64,000 bases of DNA from the human T2T-CHM13v2.0 reference genome, Homo sapiens, in the NCBI RefSeq assembly GCF_009914755.1, contig NC_060935.1; one strand, written 5' to 3'. The notes under the pieces were generated by a model. It was not told the DNA's origin. It saw only the letters and a program-made list of their open reading frames with translations, and ran no database searches. Positions 13,008-24,230 of this stretch are shown one piece after another. Each line of letters starts with the position of its first letter. Within the stretch, counting starts at the first letter, position 1. The translations under genes and the position numbers were made by a program.

Positions 13008-13415
13008 GTTGGTGCCCCTGTCCTAGCCCAGAGTTACAGCCTTTTGTACTAGGCTCTTGCCAGGGGCGGTGCAGGTCTGGGAGGTCAGAGCATTGGGCCT
13101 ACCCACCAAGCTCGCTGTGTGACCTGGGCGAATTCACTGCCCCTCTCTGGGCCTCAGATTCTCCCCATTAGTTTCCCTGACTACTCATCCAAGTATGTGT
13201 GTCTGACTTTTGGTGTGTCCATCCATTCCTCAGATATCTATGTTGCTGTCCATCTCACCATCTGTCTGTCCATCTGGGTCTGTGAGCACCTCAGTGTTGA
13301 TCCCTCTGCATGGGTTTGAACTCTAGGGTGTCTCTGAGTCCCCTCTCAGGCTTGTGATTCTACTTGGCCTCAGCAGCTCAAGCCTGGGGACTCCTGACCA
13401 GGGACTCTCTTGTAG

Positions 13416-13517
13416 GTTTTCTCTAAGCTGCTGTACCCCATCGTCCGGGGAGCTGCCTTGTCTGTGCTCAAGTACATGCTCCTGACCTTCCAGCACTCCC
13501 ACGAAGCCTTCCACCTG
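13416..13517 (+). CDS. USP35: USP35 exon 5 (VFSKLLYPIVRGAALSVLKYMLLTFQHSHEAFHL)
   Basis: ctcttgtag| acceptor; CTG|GTAAGG donor; 102 nt. Translated by hand because it is not in the ORF track. Confidence 0.95.
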
Positions 13518-13619
13518 GTAAGGTCCCCTGCCTGCTGCCCCTGGTGAGGCCCCTGCCTGCTGCCCCTGGTAAGGGCCCTGCCTACTGCCCCTGGTAAGGG
13601 CCCTGCCTGCTGACCCTGG
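13514..13619 (+). repeat. 25-26-bp minisatellite (~4 units) overlapping the USP35 exon-5 donor
   Basis: Unit approximately CCTGGTAAGGGCCCTGCCTGCTGCC; GT at 13518, 13544, 13569 and 13594. Confidence 0.95.
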
Positions 13620-13932
13620 GCTCTTGGGGCAGGTCACTTGGCTGAGGCCAAGCAGCTGGATCGTGGGCTCTGGCCTCCCTTTGACTGTGAGGAGAGGAGT
13701 AGTCATCCTATTTTGCAGATGAAGAAACTGAGGCAGGGTGTCTTAGATCATATTGTTGGGAAAAGGAGTCACCTGCCTGCAGAGCTCAGAGCCCCATCTG
13801 GGTCAGGGGACAGTGGTCAGGTGGGCAAGCCTCCCTACCTCAGAGAGTGTTGCGTGCTGTCAGCAGGGACCACAGCCCCGTGTCTCAGGTGGGCGGGTTG
13901 GTGCTGAGCCTGACGCAGCTCTGCTCCCACAG

Positions 13933-14091
13933 CTCCTCCCTCACATCCCCCCCATGGTGGCCTCTCTGGTCAAGGAGGACTCGAACTCGGGGACCAGCTG
14001 CCTGGAGCAGCTGGCGGAGCTGGTCCACTGCATGGTGTTCCGGTTCCCGGGCTTCCCGGATCTGTATGAGCCTGTCATGGAGGCCATCAAG
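13933..14091 (+). CDS. USP35: USP35 exon 6 (LLPHIPPMVASLVKED...MEAIK)
   Basis: ctcccacag| acceptor; AAG|GTGAGC donor; 159 nt. Confidence 0.95.
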
Positions 14092-14845
14092 GTGAGCGAC
14101 AGTCCCCTACTTGGGCCTTGCCCCACTCTGACAAAGGTACCAGTGTGGGCCTTCCAGCGGGCCATACCACAGCTTGGTGGCAGTCCCCGTCATTTGGTGC
14201 CTGGCTGTCTCCCATCACCTCCCCAGGTCCATCATGTGCCTCAAGCACACTGAGCCACTCACGTTCCCCAAGTAGGCTGGGCTGCCTCATGGCTGCTCTG
14301 GGCTTTTGCACACACTGTGCTTTCTAACCATAAACGCTTCTCTGTCAGTGTAGTATGGAAATTAAAACACGTTCTCTTTCTCTGCTCTGCCTGGACAGCT
14401 CCTGCTTACCTTGTAAGTCTCTGTTCTAGTGTTACTTCCCTCAGGATGCCTTTCCTGATCACTCTCAGTACTCCCATGCCCTCCACCAGGCTGGGCTAGG
14501 GCCTCGCTGGGCTCCCACAGTCTTGGTACATCCCTCTGTCACATGTTATCACTGTCTGTCTGCCTCCCTTGCCAGACTGTGAGCACTCCAGACCAGGGAT
14601 AATTTACAGTCGTTCACATGACTTTACTGACGTCCTGCTCTGCACCAAGCCCAGGCTGGGAACTGGGGGCATGGGCATGAAGCAAACGGAGTCTCCTCCA
14701 TTGAGAGGATCGCAGCCTGGTGAGGGTGACAGACTTGGATACGAGAAACTCTGGTCGGAGCAGCTTTTGAAAATGTCTACAAGGTTTGGCTTGAGAGCAG
14801 TGAGAAACCAGAGGAAGGAAAGATCTTCTCCAGTTAGAGAGGACA

Positions 14846-14887
14846 GATGAGGCCTCTAAGAAGAAAGAGTTTCTTAGAGGCCTCATC
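14846..14887. repeat. Perfect 17-bp inverted repeat with an 8-nt spacer
   Basis: GATGAGGCCTCTAAGAA-gaaagagt-TTCTTAGAGGCCTCATC. Confidence 0.95.
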
Positions 14888-16840
14888 AAGCTGGGCTTGA
14901 CGGGTTGCTAGGATCTGACAGTGACTAACATCTGTGGCTACTGCTACACTTGAGATTATTTTCCTGTATGTTTTGTCTTCTGATGCTCACAAGAAACCTA
15001 CAAAGATGATACGGTTCATTTCAATCTCATAGATGAGGAAAAGGAGACTTGGAGAAGTTTGGTGACTTGTGCAAAGTCACAGAGGTAGTGAGACATGTAG
15101 CTGGAGTCTGGATGGCAGAGCCTTCCCCATTGCCTGATAGAGAAGGCAGGTTGGGTGGGGTGAAGGGGTCTAGGTAGGTGGCCCTTGCAGAACCTTTGAT
15201 CTGACTTTTACATCTGCAGCACAGCAGACGAGATAACCTGAAAAGTGTCCTGCTACAAAACAGCTAGAAATGCTTGTTAAAATATAACAAACATCACTTT
15301 AAGTACATAGCTAAGCTTGCAAGAAAGTAAGGGGGAGTCCCCAGGGGCCAAAAAGGAAGAGATAACTGAATTCCAGAGTGGTAGGTGAGAAACAATGTTC
15401 TTTTTCCTCTGGAGTGAGGCAAGTGCGTGGCTGAGATGGCCAATCTCAGTCACAAAGGGACTTGAGTTGGTAGGGACAGGAGGTCAGACTTTGGGCCTAT
15501 CCCCAGCAGGGAGTTAGCACTAAGAAGCCGACTAAAAGCCAGGACCCAAGAAAGGTTGTACCATTAGCAAAAGAATGGTCTAGGAAAAAATATGCACATG
15601 GTTTTAAATAGACATCAGGGAAACTTTTCTGGCTTCGTCTGGGCTCTGGATTGGGGAAAAAAATGTAATCAGTGGCCTGCTCTCATGTGGATTTAGGGGT
15701 TCAAATTCATATCATTTTGGGGGTTGTGGCCCTTCCCCACATTAAAAATAGTCATAAACTTGTAGTACCCAAGGGTAACCTGGTAGAAAGACATAAATCA
15801 GGCCATAAAGGTAAAGTTCTACTGAAAATGAGTTTATAGTCCCAAAATTATAAAACACACAAAGGAACAATCCTGCATGAATGACAGTTGGTAGATACAA
15901 CAAACAAAACTTCCGTTATTTACTTGGATCTTCTCAGTTTTTCAAACTTAACACGAGAAAGAACTTTTTGATAATCAAAGCTGCCTTACAATGGAAGGGG
16001 CTGCCATGATAGGTCATGAGCCCCCGACAGTGGAGGTGGATGAGGAGGACTTCCCTGTGTCAGGTGTGTTGCCCAAGGGTTTCTACATCGAAAGGGAGGT
16101 AGGAGGAAAGCTTGGAGATTCTGTGGCTGGGTCTGTCTGTTTCCTGCTAGACAGGAAACAGTGAGCTTCTGTGGGCAGGAACCCTGTCCTTTTGATCTTT
16201 GTGCCTAGTAGATGTCTGTGAGCAAATGAGTGGGTTATTGTTTGAGCAGGACTGTAGGAGAATGCTGTAATGAAGGTGCAGGCAGAGAGGAGGGACCCTG
16301 CCCCGGGCACTGAGGAAAACCCATGATGAGTGAGATGCAGGCTTTGCACAGTAGGGGCCCATGGATTGTCTGATCAGGGGATGAGGGGAGTCTGCACATA
16401 CCTGTACCAGTAGGGGCAGGGAGTTAGGCTTTATAAGATGATACAGATACAGTCCTTCTCAAGGACCCCGCCTTCTCAACCCCGCGCCTTGAGAAGATCC
16501 TGGAAAGCTTCATAGAGAAGGGATACAGGAGTTTGATCTTACTGTACGGGGACTGAAAAAGGACACTCTGGATGCATCGGAGGGGAGGCATGGAAGTGGG
16601 AACATGTGAGGTTAGTTTGGTGGTAATGTGTGAGGGGGAAGGGAGATCAGAAAAATCAGCAGAGCAGTGCCTTGAAAACTAGGTTGCACCACTCGGCTAG
16701 ATCTGGGCTTCTCGAACGTTTCCACCCAAGTACTTGACGTCAGAGAGGGGAACTCACCCAAAGTAGCCTGACATGAGCTCTGAGTTTGTCTACAACCTCA
16801 CTTTATCTCAAAGACTCAAGTATGTATGTCGTAATTATAA

Positions 16841-17472
<632 letters not shown>

Positions 17473-19124
17473 TATTTTTCTTTGAATGTTAGAAAAGATG
17501 GCTTCACATTTGTTCTGTGGCTTCGAACACTCCTGGTACAAGCCAGTTTGAGAGGCAAGGCAGCAAATTATAGGATTTTACTGCTTATAAAATTATTTCG
17601 CATGGGTTCTATGAGTACATCCTTTTGTACATATGCCTTTGTAAATAAGTTCTGGAAAGTTCTCTGACTTAGGCAGATGTATCAGGTTGTGGCGGTTTCT
17701 TTGGGACCTGTGATACTTGCCAAGGGAGCCATCACACATCAGTTTCTAGTAACATTATTAGGTTCTTAAGTTATTTTGAAGTTTTTATTTTCCTGAGAAC
17801 AAAGTTACCTTCTTTGGGAATAATGGCATTTGATTTTGTTCCTAGCATGGATATTTTTGCATCTTCTCTGCGTGTGCACGGATATGTGGGGTTGTGTCTG
17901 CCTTTTTGCCTCTATTCATTCATGTTGTGGGGTGGAGGGACAGGCGAGGAGGGCATTAGATAGGGTATCATGAACAGAAAAAAGAAGGGACGAAGAAGAT
18001 ACTGAGCCTGTATCTTATCTGTCTTCCCGCTGGCATCTCCTTGGTTATGTGTGTGTGTTTTTAAATCATCTGTGAGAAGTGACTGACTGCTCTGATAAAT
18101 TATCCGATAAATGATCCTGGGAGGTGAATGAGCAAAAGTGTTAAACCCCACTGGGTGAGCAAGACCTTCTGTGGGAGCCACAGGATGTGCACTGGGGAGA
18201 CGAGGGCTTTGGATGCTGAGCTGTTTTGAAGCTCTGTGGAGCCCTGGACAAATCTAAGGCATTGTGACCAGGATCTGGAAACAAGAACAGGGCTAGAAGA
18301 ACTGTTAGGAATGTTGCTGAACTCTAAGTAGCGGGATGTGGTGCTTAGATGTTGTTCTTTGGAAGATACCTCTAGCATCATTAGAACTAGTGCTTGGTGG
18401 TATTCTTAGGTGCTGCTGTTTGATGTGACACAGATAATGAGTGGGAAGCATGCCAAGGACCAAGACCCATACCTCAGACCCCAGGGATTCACCCACTGTC
18501 CTGACTGTAGGGTCAAGTTTTGGGGAGGTGACTCTCTCTTCTTGAAAGCTGATTCTGCAAATCTAAAAGTAAAAGGTGGACATGGGCACATCATTGTGTG
18601 CCCACACCATGAAAACGTAGGATGCCAAACTGACACAAGGTAGGAGTATCATCACTTGACAGATGAGGAAACTGAATCAGAGAGCCTCGCCACCGCCAGA
18701 CAGCTAGTATGGACCAGAGTTGGGGCTGGCACTGACATCCTGACATTACTGGATTTGGCCTGTGGGCCAGGGTTGTCATTGCCTGAGCTCTTTTATAGCA
18801 CATGCATATTCTTCAGTTACTGACAGCGACCCTGGACAATTATTTTCTCTGTCTGAATCTTCATTTTTTTTTTAATCTATAAAATGGGAATTATGCCACC
18901 TTAAGGCAGTCCTGACCTGAAAGACCATGGAGGCAGCCCATATGTCAACTGAAGGGGTTTGGAAGCAGGGGGCTGTTCACACACACCCCAGAACATCTGT
19001 GGGGGGGTGTGCCTGGGAGGCCTTGGGGTTGGCTGTATCTGAGAAGGCCTCCCAGAAGAGGTGGTAGTTTTTTGAGCTGACCCTGGTGCCCACCATCCTG
19101 CCTGCCTGCTTATTCCCTCCTCAG

Positions 19125-19318
19125 GACCTCCATGTTCCCAATGAGGACCGCATCAAGCAGCTGCTGGGGCAGGATGCCTGGACTTCGCAGAAGAGCGAGC
19201 TGGCGGGTTTCTATCCCCGGCTCATGGCCAAGTCAGACACGGGCAAGATTGGTCTCATCAACCTGGGCAACACATGCTATGTCAACAGCATCCTTCAGGC
19301 CTTATTCATGGCGTCTGA
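19125..19318 (+). CDS. USP35: USP35 exon 7 with the USP Cys box (GLINLGNTCYVNSILQAL); catalytic Cys450 codon at 19275
   Basis: Canonical USP Cys-box motif; cctcag| acceptor; GA|GTAGGT donor; 194 nt. Confidence 0.97.
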
Positions 19319-20812
19319 GTAGGTGCTGCTTTGGAATTCCCTGTCTGCCCTTGCTTCTCTCCTCTGGGCTCCCTGATGACAGGTGGAAAGGTGTCCGGGG
19401 TGGGGGTTGGAGAGGGTGGGCCTTGCTTTGCATTGCCAGCATGATTCCCTGAGGTCTGTGGGGACAGAGAGCCTCAGGCCATTGCCAAGGCAGGTCAGGA
19501 CTGGATGGGAACTCAAGAAGGGGCTTAAGGGGCTGGGCAGCCCTGGGAAGTGGGGTCTGCTCTGGGTTGGCTGACATCACTGACTTTTCTTCTAGAGTCT
19601 GTGGGGGTGGATTTTGTCTTCCAGAGTAGAACTGCCACCCATCCTGGTATTAGACATCTCTCTCTTTTAAAATGAAACAAACACAATCTTTATAGTCTAT
19701 GGCCACCTATCTACCTTATGGCTTACTTAAAAGATCAAAGTTTCAGCTTTGATTCAGTGAAAATAAGCTTTGATTCTGGCTTATCGTATGTCCTCAAGTC
19801 AGTTTCTTTTCTCTGAGCGTCAGGTTCAGTGGGAGGAGATTGGAGCTGATCTCCAAGTCTTTCTAAGGTGCTGCTGGTGCACGTTCTTCTCAAAACGCCT
19901 AGTGAAGGACTAGTTTTGTTTTTCTTTTCTAATTCCAGTCTGCTGCAGAATATTACTTTTGTAAAATATAACAAAACGACTTACTAGAAAAACGGTCACG
20001 TGCTTGTATGGTGGTTGTGATGTTAAAATGCTGTGTATGTTTCTAAGTGCTCGCTCAGCTTCTGAACTTACCTTGTTCTGAGACCCAGAGCTGCTTGTGA
20101 GAACAGGAGATAAGCTGGGGCCTGGGAATTGGCTTGCTCCAGAGAATGTTCGTGTAGGGAGGGGAGCTATCTCCTATAGGATCAGACCCTTCCCACTAGG
20201 AGCCAGTCTACCCATCCCTAAAGGGTCCTCTTCGTTTAGCGTATTCCTCACATTGACCTCTGCCTCCCTCATTGGAAGGCAGGGGAACAGCTTGAGATTG
20301 CTCTAGGGGCAGGGGCCAGGGCCCTGACAGGGGCTGTAGGAGTCGATTGGAGGGCCCAGGTCAGAGCAGAGTCTGCTGCTCTGGAGGTGGATGAATGCCT
20401 TTCCCCAGGGAAGCAGCTAATAAGGGTGTGCGAGGGGCTGCTGCGGCTGGGATGATATTGGCATGGATCCTGTGGCATGTCCTAACCCTAGAATCCTGGG
20501 ACCACAGGACCTTAGGACGTTTGAATCTTTAAGTCCTGAACGTAGGTCTCAGAGCTGGAAGGGGCTACAAGGGTCACCTTTGTACCCTTCATTGTCTAAA
20601 ACATGTCTATTGTTGTGTTCCTGACCTCAGATACCCCAGGCTGAGTTGTTCACCTGCTCCTCCTCCCCAGCCCCTGGCTTCTGGCTCCGTCTTGGGGCAG
20701 AAATGTCTGTTCTGCCTTTGGCCTAGAGGCTCTGGGCTGCCTGTGACATGGGTGACTAGAGACTCCTTGGGGGCCCATGGCTTACCCTGGGTGCCCCTGC
20801 TTTGTTTTGAAG

Positions 20813-20906
20813 CTTCAGACATTGTGTGCTCCGCTTGACTGAGAACAACTCACAGCCCCTGATGACCAAGCTGCAGTGGCTCTTTGGCTTCCTAGAACAC
20901 AGCCAG
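20813..20906 (+). CDS. USP35: USP35 exon 8 (DFRHCVLRLTENN...LEHSQ)
   Basis: ttgttttgaag| acceptor; CAG|GTGAGT donor; 94 nt restores phase 0. Confidence 0.93.
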
Positions 20907-21164
20907 GTGAGTGTAGGGGCAGTCAGAGGGGGGTGGAGAGGCAGCTCTGGTCAGGCCCCGACATGGACACCTTTCCCTTCCCCAGGACCTGCCTGCATCT
21001 GGCTGTCATCTCCCATGTCAGTTGCTGAGCCCCTGGCCGGGCTGGCATATGGAACTGATTTAGTGCCCTGCTGGGGCAGGAGAAGGCGGGCCCCCTTGAG
21101 CCCTGTTCCGTGTTGTGCTGCCCAATCTTTCCCTTTGGCAATTCAGTCCATCCATCGCATTATG

Positions 21165-21575
21165 GTGTTGCCATAGTCCATTTTATGCTGCTAAAACCAA
21201 ATACTCGAGGCTTGGTGATTTATGAAGAAATTTATTTCTCAGTTTTGGAAGCTGGGAGGCCCAAGATCGAGGGGCTGTGTCTGGTGACGGCCTTCTTGCT
21301 GCATTATAATGTGGGTAGAAGGCATCACAGGGTGTGAGAGCATGCATGAGAGAAGGGAAAGCGGGATGAACTCACCCTTTTATCAGGAACCTGCTCCTGT
21401 CTCCATTTGTGGCTGCTGGGGAAAGCAAACGGCCTGTGATAAGGAAATAATACATTCCTGAGGGCAGAGTGCTCAGGACCTCATCCTCTCTTGAAGGTCC
21501 CATCTCTTAACACTGCTGCACTGGGGATTATGTTTCCAACACATGCTTTTTGGAGGACACAGTCACACCACAGCA
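21165..21575. mobile_element. ERVL-MaLR solo LTR (MST/MLT1A-like)
   Basis: Typical ends tagtccattttatgctgcta... and ...ttccaacacatgc...ggacacagtcacaccacagca; subfamily not resolved. Confidence 0.7.
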
Positions 21576-22139
21576 TGTTGCTTCATTCTGCTGTTATTTT
21601 TGAGTACCCACATGGCCAGGCAGCCTGAGAGCTGTTGAGGGTACAGAGGTGAACAGAACAAACACCATCTCTGCCCTCATGGAGCCTAAAGCCCTTGGCC
21701 AGGGATTATGCAAAGCTCTGTGTGGGGGCACAGAAATGAGTAATCCCTCCCTGGCTCATGGAGGGAAGGGAAAGGTCAGTGAGGGAGGGTTGGGAAGATG
21801 ACATGGAAGAGGCAGCGCTGTATCTGGGACTCATCTTGACGGGAGAGAATGGCAGTGAGTGGAGGCAGGGAGAGAATGTTTGAGGTGTGCCAGGAAGAGA
21901 AGATTCCTAGAGCCTCGTTCATTTCTCTGAGCCCAATGCCCTGCTCAGCCCTGCTCAGAGGCGTGGACATGTGGGCTGGGTTGGGTCAGGGACAATAGAA
22001 AAGCGGGGAGGACCTCATGGAGGAGGCCAGGAAGTTTGAGGCCGAGGGAATGAGGTAGACCCTCAGGCCTAACCTGTGCAGAGCTGGCTGGTGAGTGGCC
22101 TCCTGCTCCTGACCATGCCTTTCGCCTGCCTTGTCCTAG

Positions 22140-22246
22140 CGGCCTGCCATTTCCCCAGAGAACTTCCTCTCCGCATCCTGGACGCCCTGGTTCAGCCCTG
22201 GCACCCAGCAGGACTGCTCGGAGTATCTGAAGTACCTGCTGGATCG
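22140..22246 (+). CDS. USP35: USP35 exon 9 (RPAISPENF...QQDCSEYLKYLLDR), USP QQD box
   Basis: ttgtcctag| acceptor; TCG|GTAAGG donor; 107 nt. Confidence 0.95.
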
Positions 22247-22730
22247 GTAAGGGGGCCAGGGCTACGCGAAGACTCCAGGTCTAGAGGGTCCTTGGGGGCA
22301 AGCCCAGTACCTCTGAGCTGTGTTGCAGCGTCCAGGGAATAAGTGTGCTGCCTCCAACATGTGGAGGGCGTGGAGAAGGGGTGTGCTGGAAGGGCAGGGA
22401 CTGAGTGTGAGGGAGGTTTGGTAGATGCTGAGTGGAAGTGATCTCTGGGAGGTCATTGTGTATGTCTGCACACCGGGCCGTGCATCTTTGTCACTGCCAT
22501 GGGAGCACATTACATAGCTCCAGCAAGTCTTTATGTAGGGCGTGTGGGTGAGTGTAGCAAGCGTGCTGTTGTGAGCATGTACGTGGATGTGTGGGTGTTT
22601 GGTGTGTGCATGTGTGTTTGTGTGCGTCTCAATGTGTGGCTGTTGGGGAAGGTAAATGGGCATGGATAAGCTGAGTGCCCCGGAAGGGGACCCGCATGTA
22701 CATGTAGTGACTCTGTGCTCTCTGCCCCAG

Positions 22731-24027
22731 GCTGCACGAAGAGGAGAAAACGGGCACAAGGATCTGCCAGAAACTCAAGCAGTCCAGCTCGCCCTCTCCG
22801 CCCGAGGAGCCCCCGGCCCCAAGTTCAACCTCTGTGGAAAAAATGTTTGGAGGCAAGATAGTGACTCGGATCTGCTGTCTCTGCTGCCTCAACGTCTCCT
22901 CCCGGGAGGAGGCCTTCACGGACCTCTCTCTCGCCTTCCCTCCTCCTGAGCGCTGTCGCCGCCGCCGCCTGGGCTCTGTGATGCGCCCCACAGAAGACAT
23001 CACAGCCCGGGAGTTGCCCCCACCAACCAGTGCACAGGGGCCAGGCAGGGTGGGTCCTCGGAGGCAAAGGAAACACTGCATCACAGAGGACACCCCCCCC
23101 ACCAGCCTGTACATCGAAGGCCTGGACTCCAAGGAAGCTGGTGGGCAGAGCAGTCAGGAGGAAAGGGTAGAGAGGGAGGAAGAAGGGAAGGAGGAGAGAA
23201 CGGAGAAGGAAGAAGTGGGGGAGGAGGAGGAAAGCACCAGAGGGGAAGGAGAGAGGGAGAAAGAGGAGGAGGTGGAAGAGGAAGAAGAGAAGGTGGAGAA
23301 GGAGACAGAAAAGGAGGCTGAGCAGGAAAAGGAAGAAGACAGCCTGGGAGCGGGGACCCACCCGGATGCTGCCATCCCCTCCGGGGAGCGGACATGTGGC
23401 TCTGAGGGCTCCCGCTCCGTCCTGGACCTGGTTAACTACTTCCTGTCCCCCGAGAAGCTGACAGCAGAAAACCGCTACTACTGCGAGTCGTGTGCCTCCC
23501 TGCAGGATGCCGAGAAGGTGGTGGAGCTGAGCCAAGGGCCGTGCTACCTCATCCTCACACTGCTGCGCTTCTCTTTCGACCTGCGCACCATGCGGCGCCG
23601 CAAGATCCTGGATGACGTCTCCATCCCCCTGCTGCTCCGCCTGCCACTGGCTGGTGGCCGTGGCCAGGCCTATGACCTCTGCAGTGTGGTGGTGCACTCT
23701 GGAGTGTCTTCGGAGAGTGGTCACTACTACTGCTATGCCCGTGAGGGCGCTGCCCGCCCTGCCCCTTCTCTGGGAACTGCCGATAGGCCAGAGCCCGAGA
23801 ACCAGTGGTACCTGTTCAATGACACTCGGGTGTCCTTCTCTTCCTTCGAATCTGTCAGCAACGTCACCTCCTTCTTCCCTAAGGACACAGCCTATGTGCT
23901 GTTTTACCGGCAGCGGCCCAGGGAGGGGCCCGAGGCTGAGTTGGGCTCTTCTAGAGTCCGGACAGAGCCCACCCTGCACAAGGACTTGATGGAAGCCATT
24001 TCCAAAGACAACATCCTTTACCTACAG
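22731..24027 (+). CDS. USP35: USP35 exon 10: USP domain with a Glu-rich insertion, CxxC zinc ligands and the His box (SGHYYCYAR, His862 at 23722; WYLFND)
   Basis: 400-aa ORF 22834-24036; ctgccccag| acceptor; CAG|GTGAGC donor; 1297 nt, cumulative 2889 nt. Confidence 0.97.
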
Positions 24028-24230
24028 GTGAGCTGAGCCGTGGGGCCTTTGATCTGATCTCTTGGTGGAGGGAGTCCAGTCCCACTACTGGCTTAGATAA
24101 GTCATTTCCCCTCTAAGTCTTTTTTGTAAATCCCATTCATCTGTTGCTCAGTGCTGGGTATATACTGGTGGCCCAGACAGACCTAACCCCTTACTTCAAA
24201 GTAACAGACACTGAGTAATGAATGACGCAG

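Noticed and set aside
13514-13619. Short direct repeats as a CRISPR-like array
   Set aside because: Head-to-tail units with no unique spacers, in human intronic DNA; a minisatellite.
22825-23979. 384-aa antisense ORF opposite USP35 exon 10
   Set aside because: GTG start, confined to the exon, and its Leu/Phe runs are simply the complement of Glu/Lys codons; a typical shadow frame.
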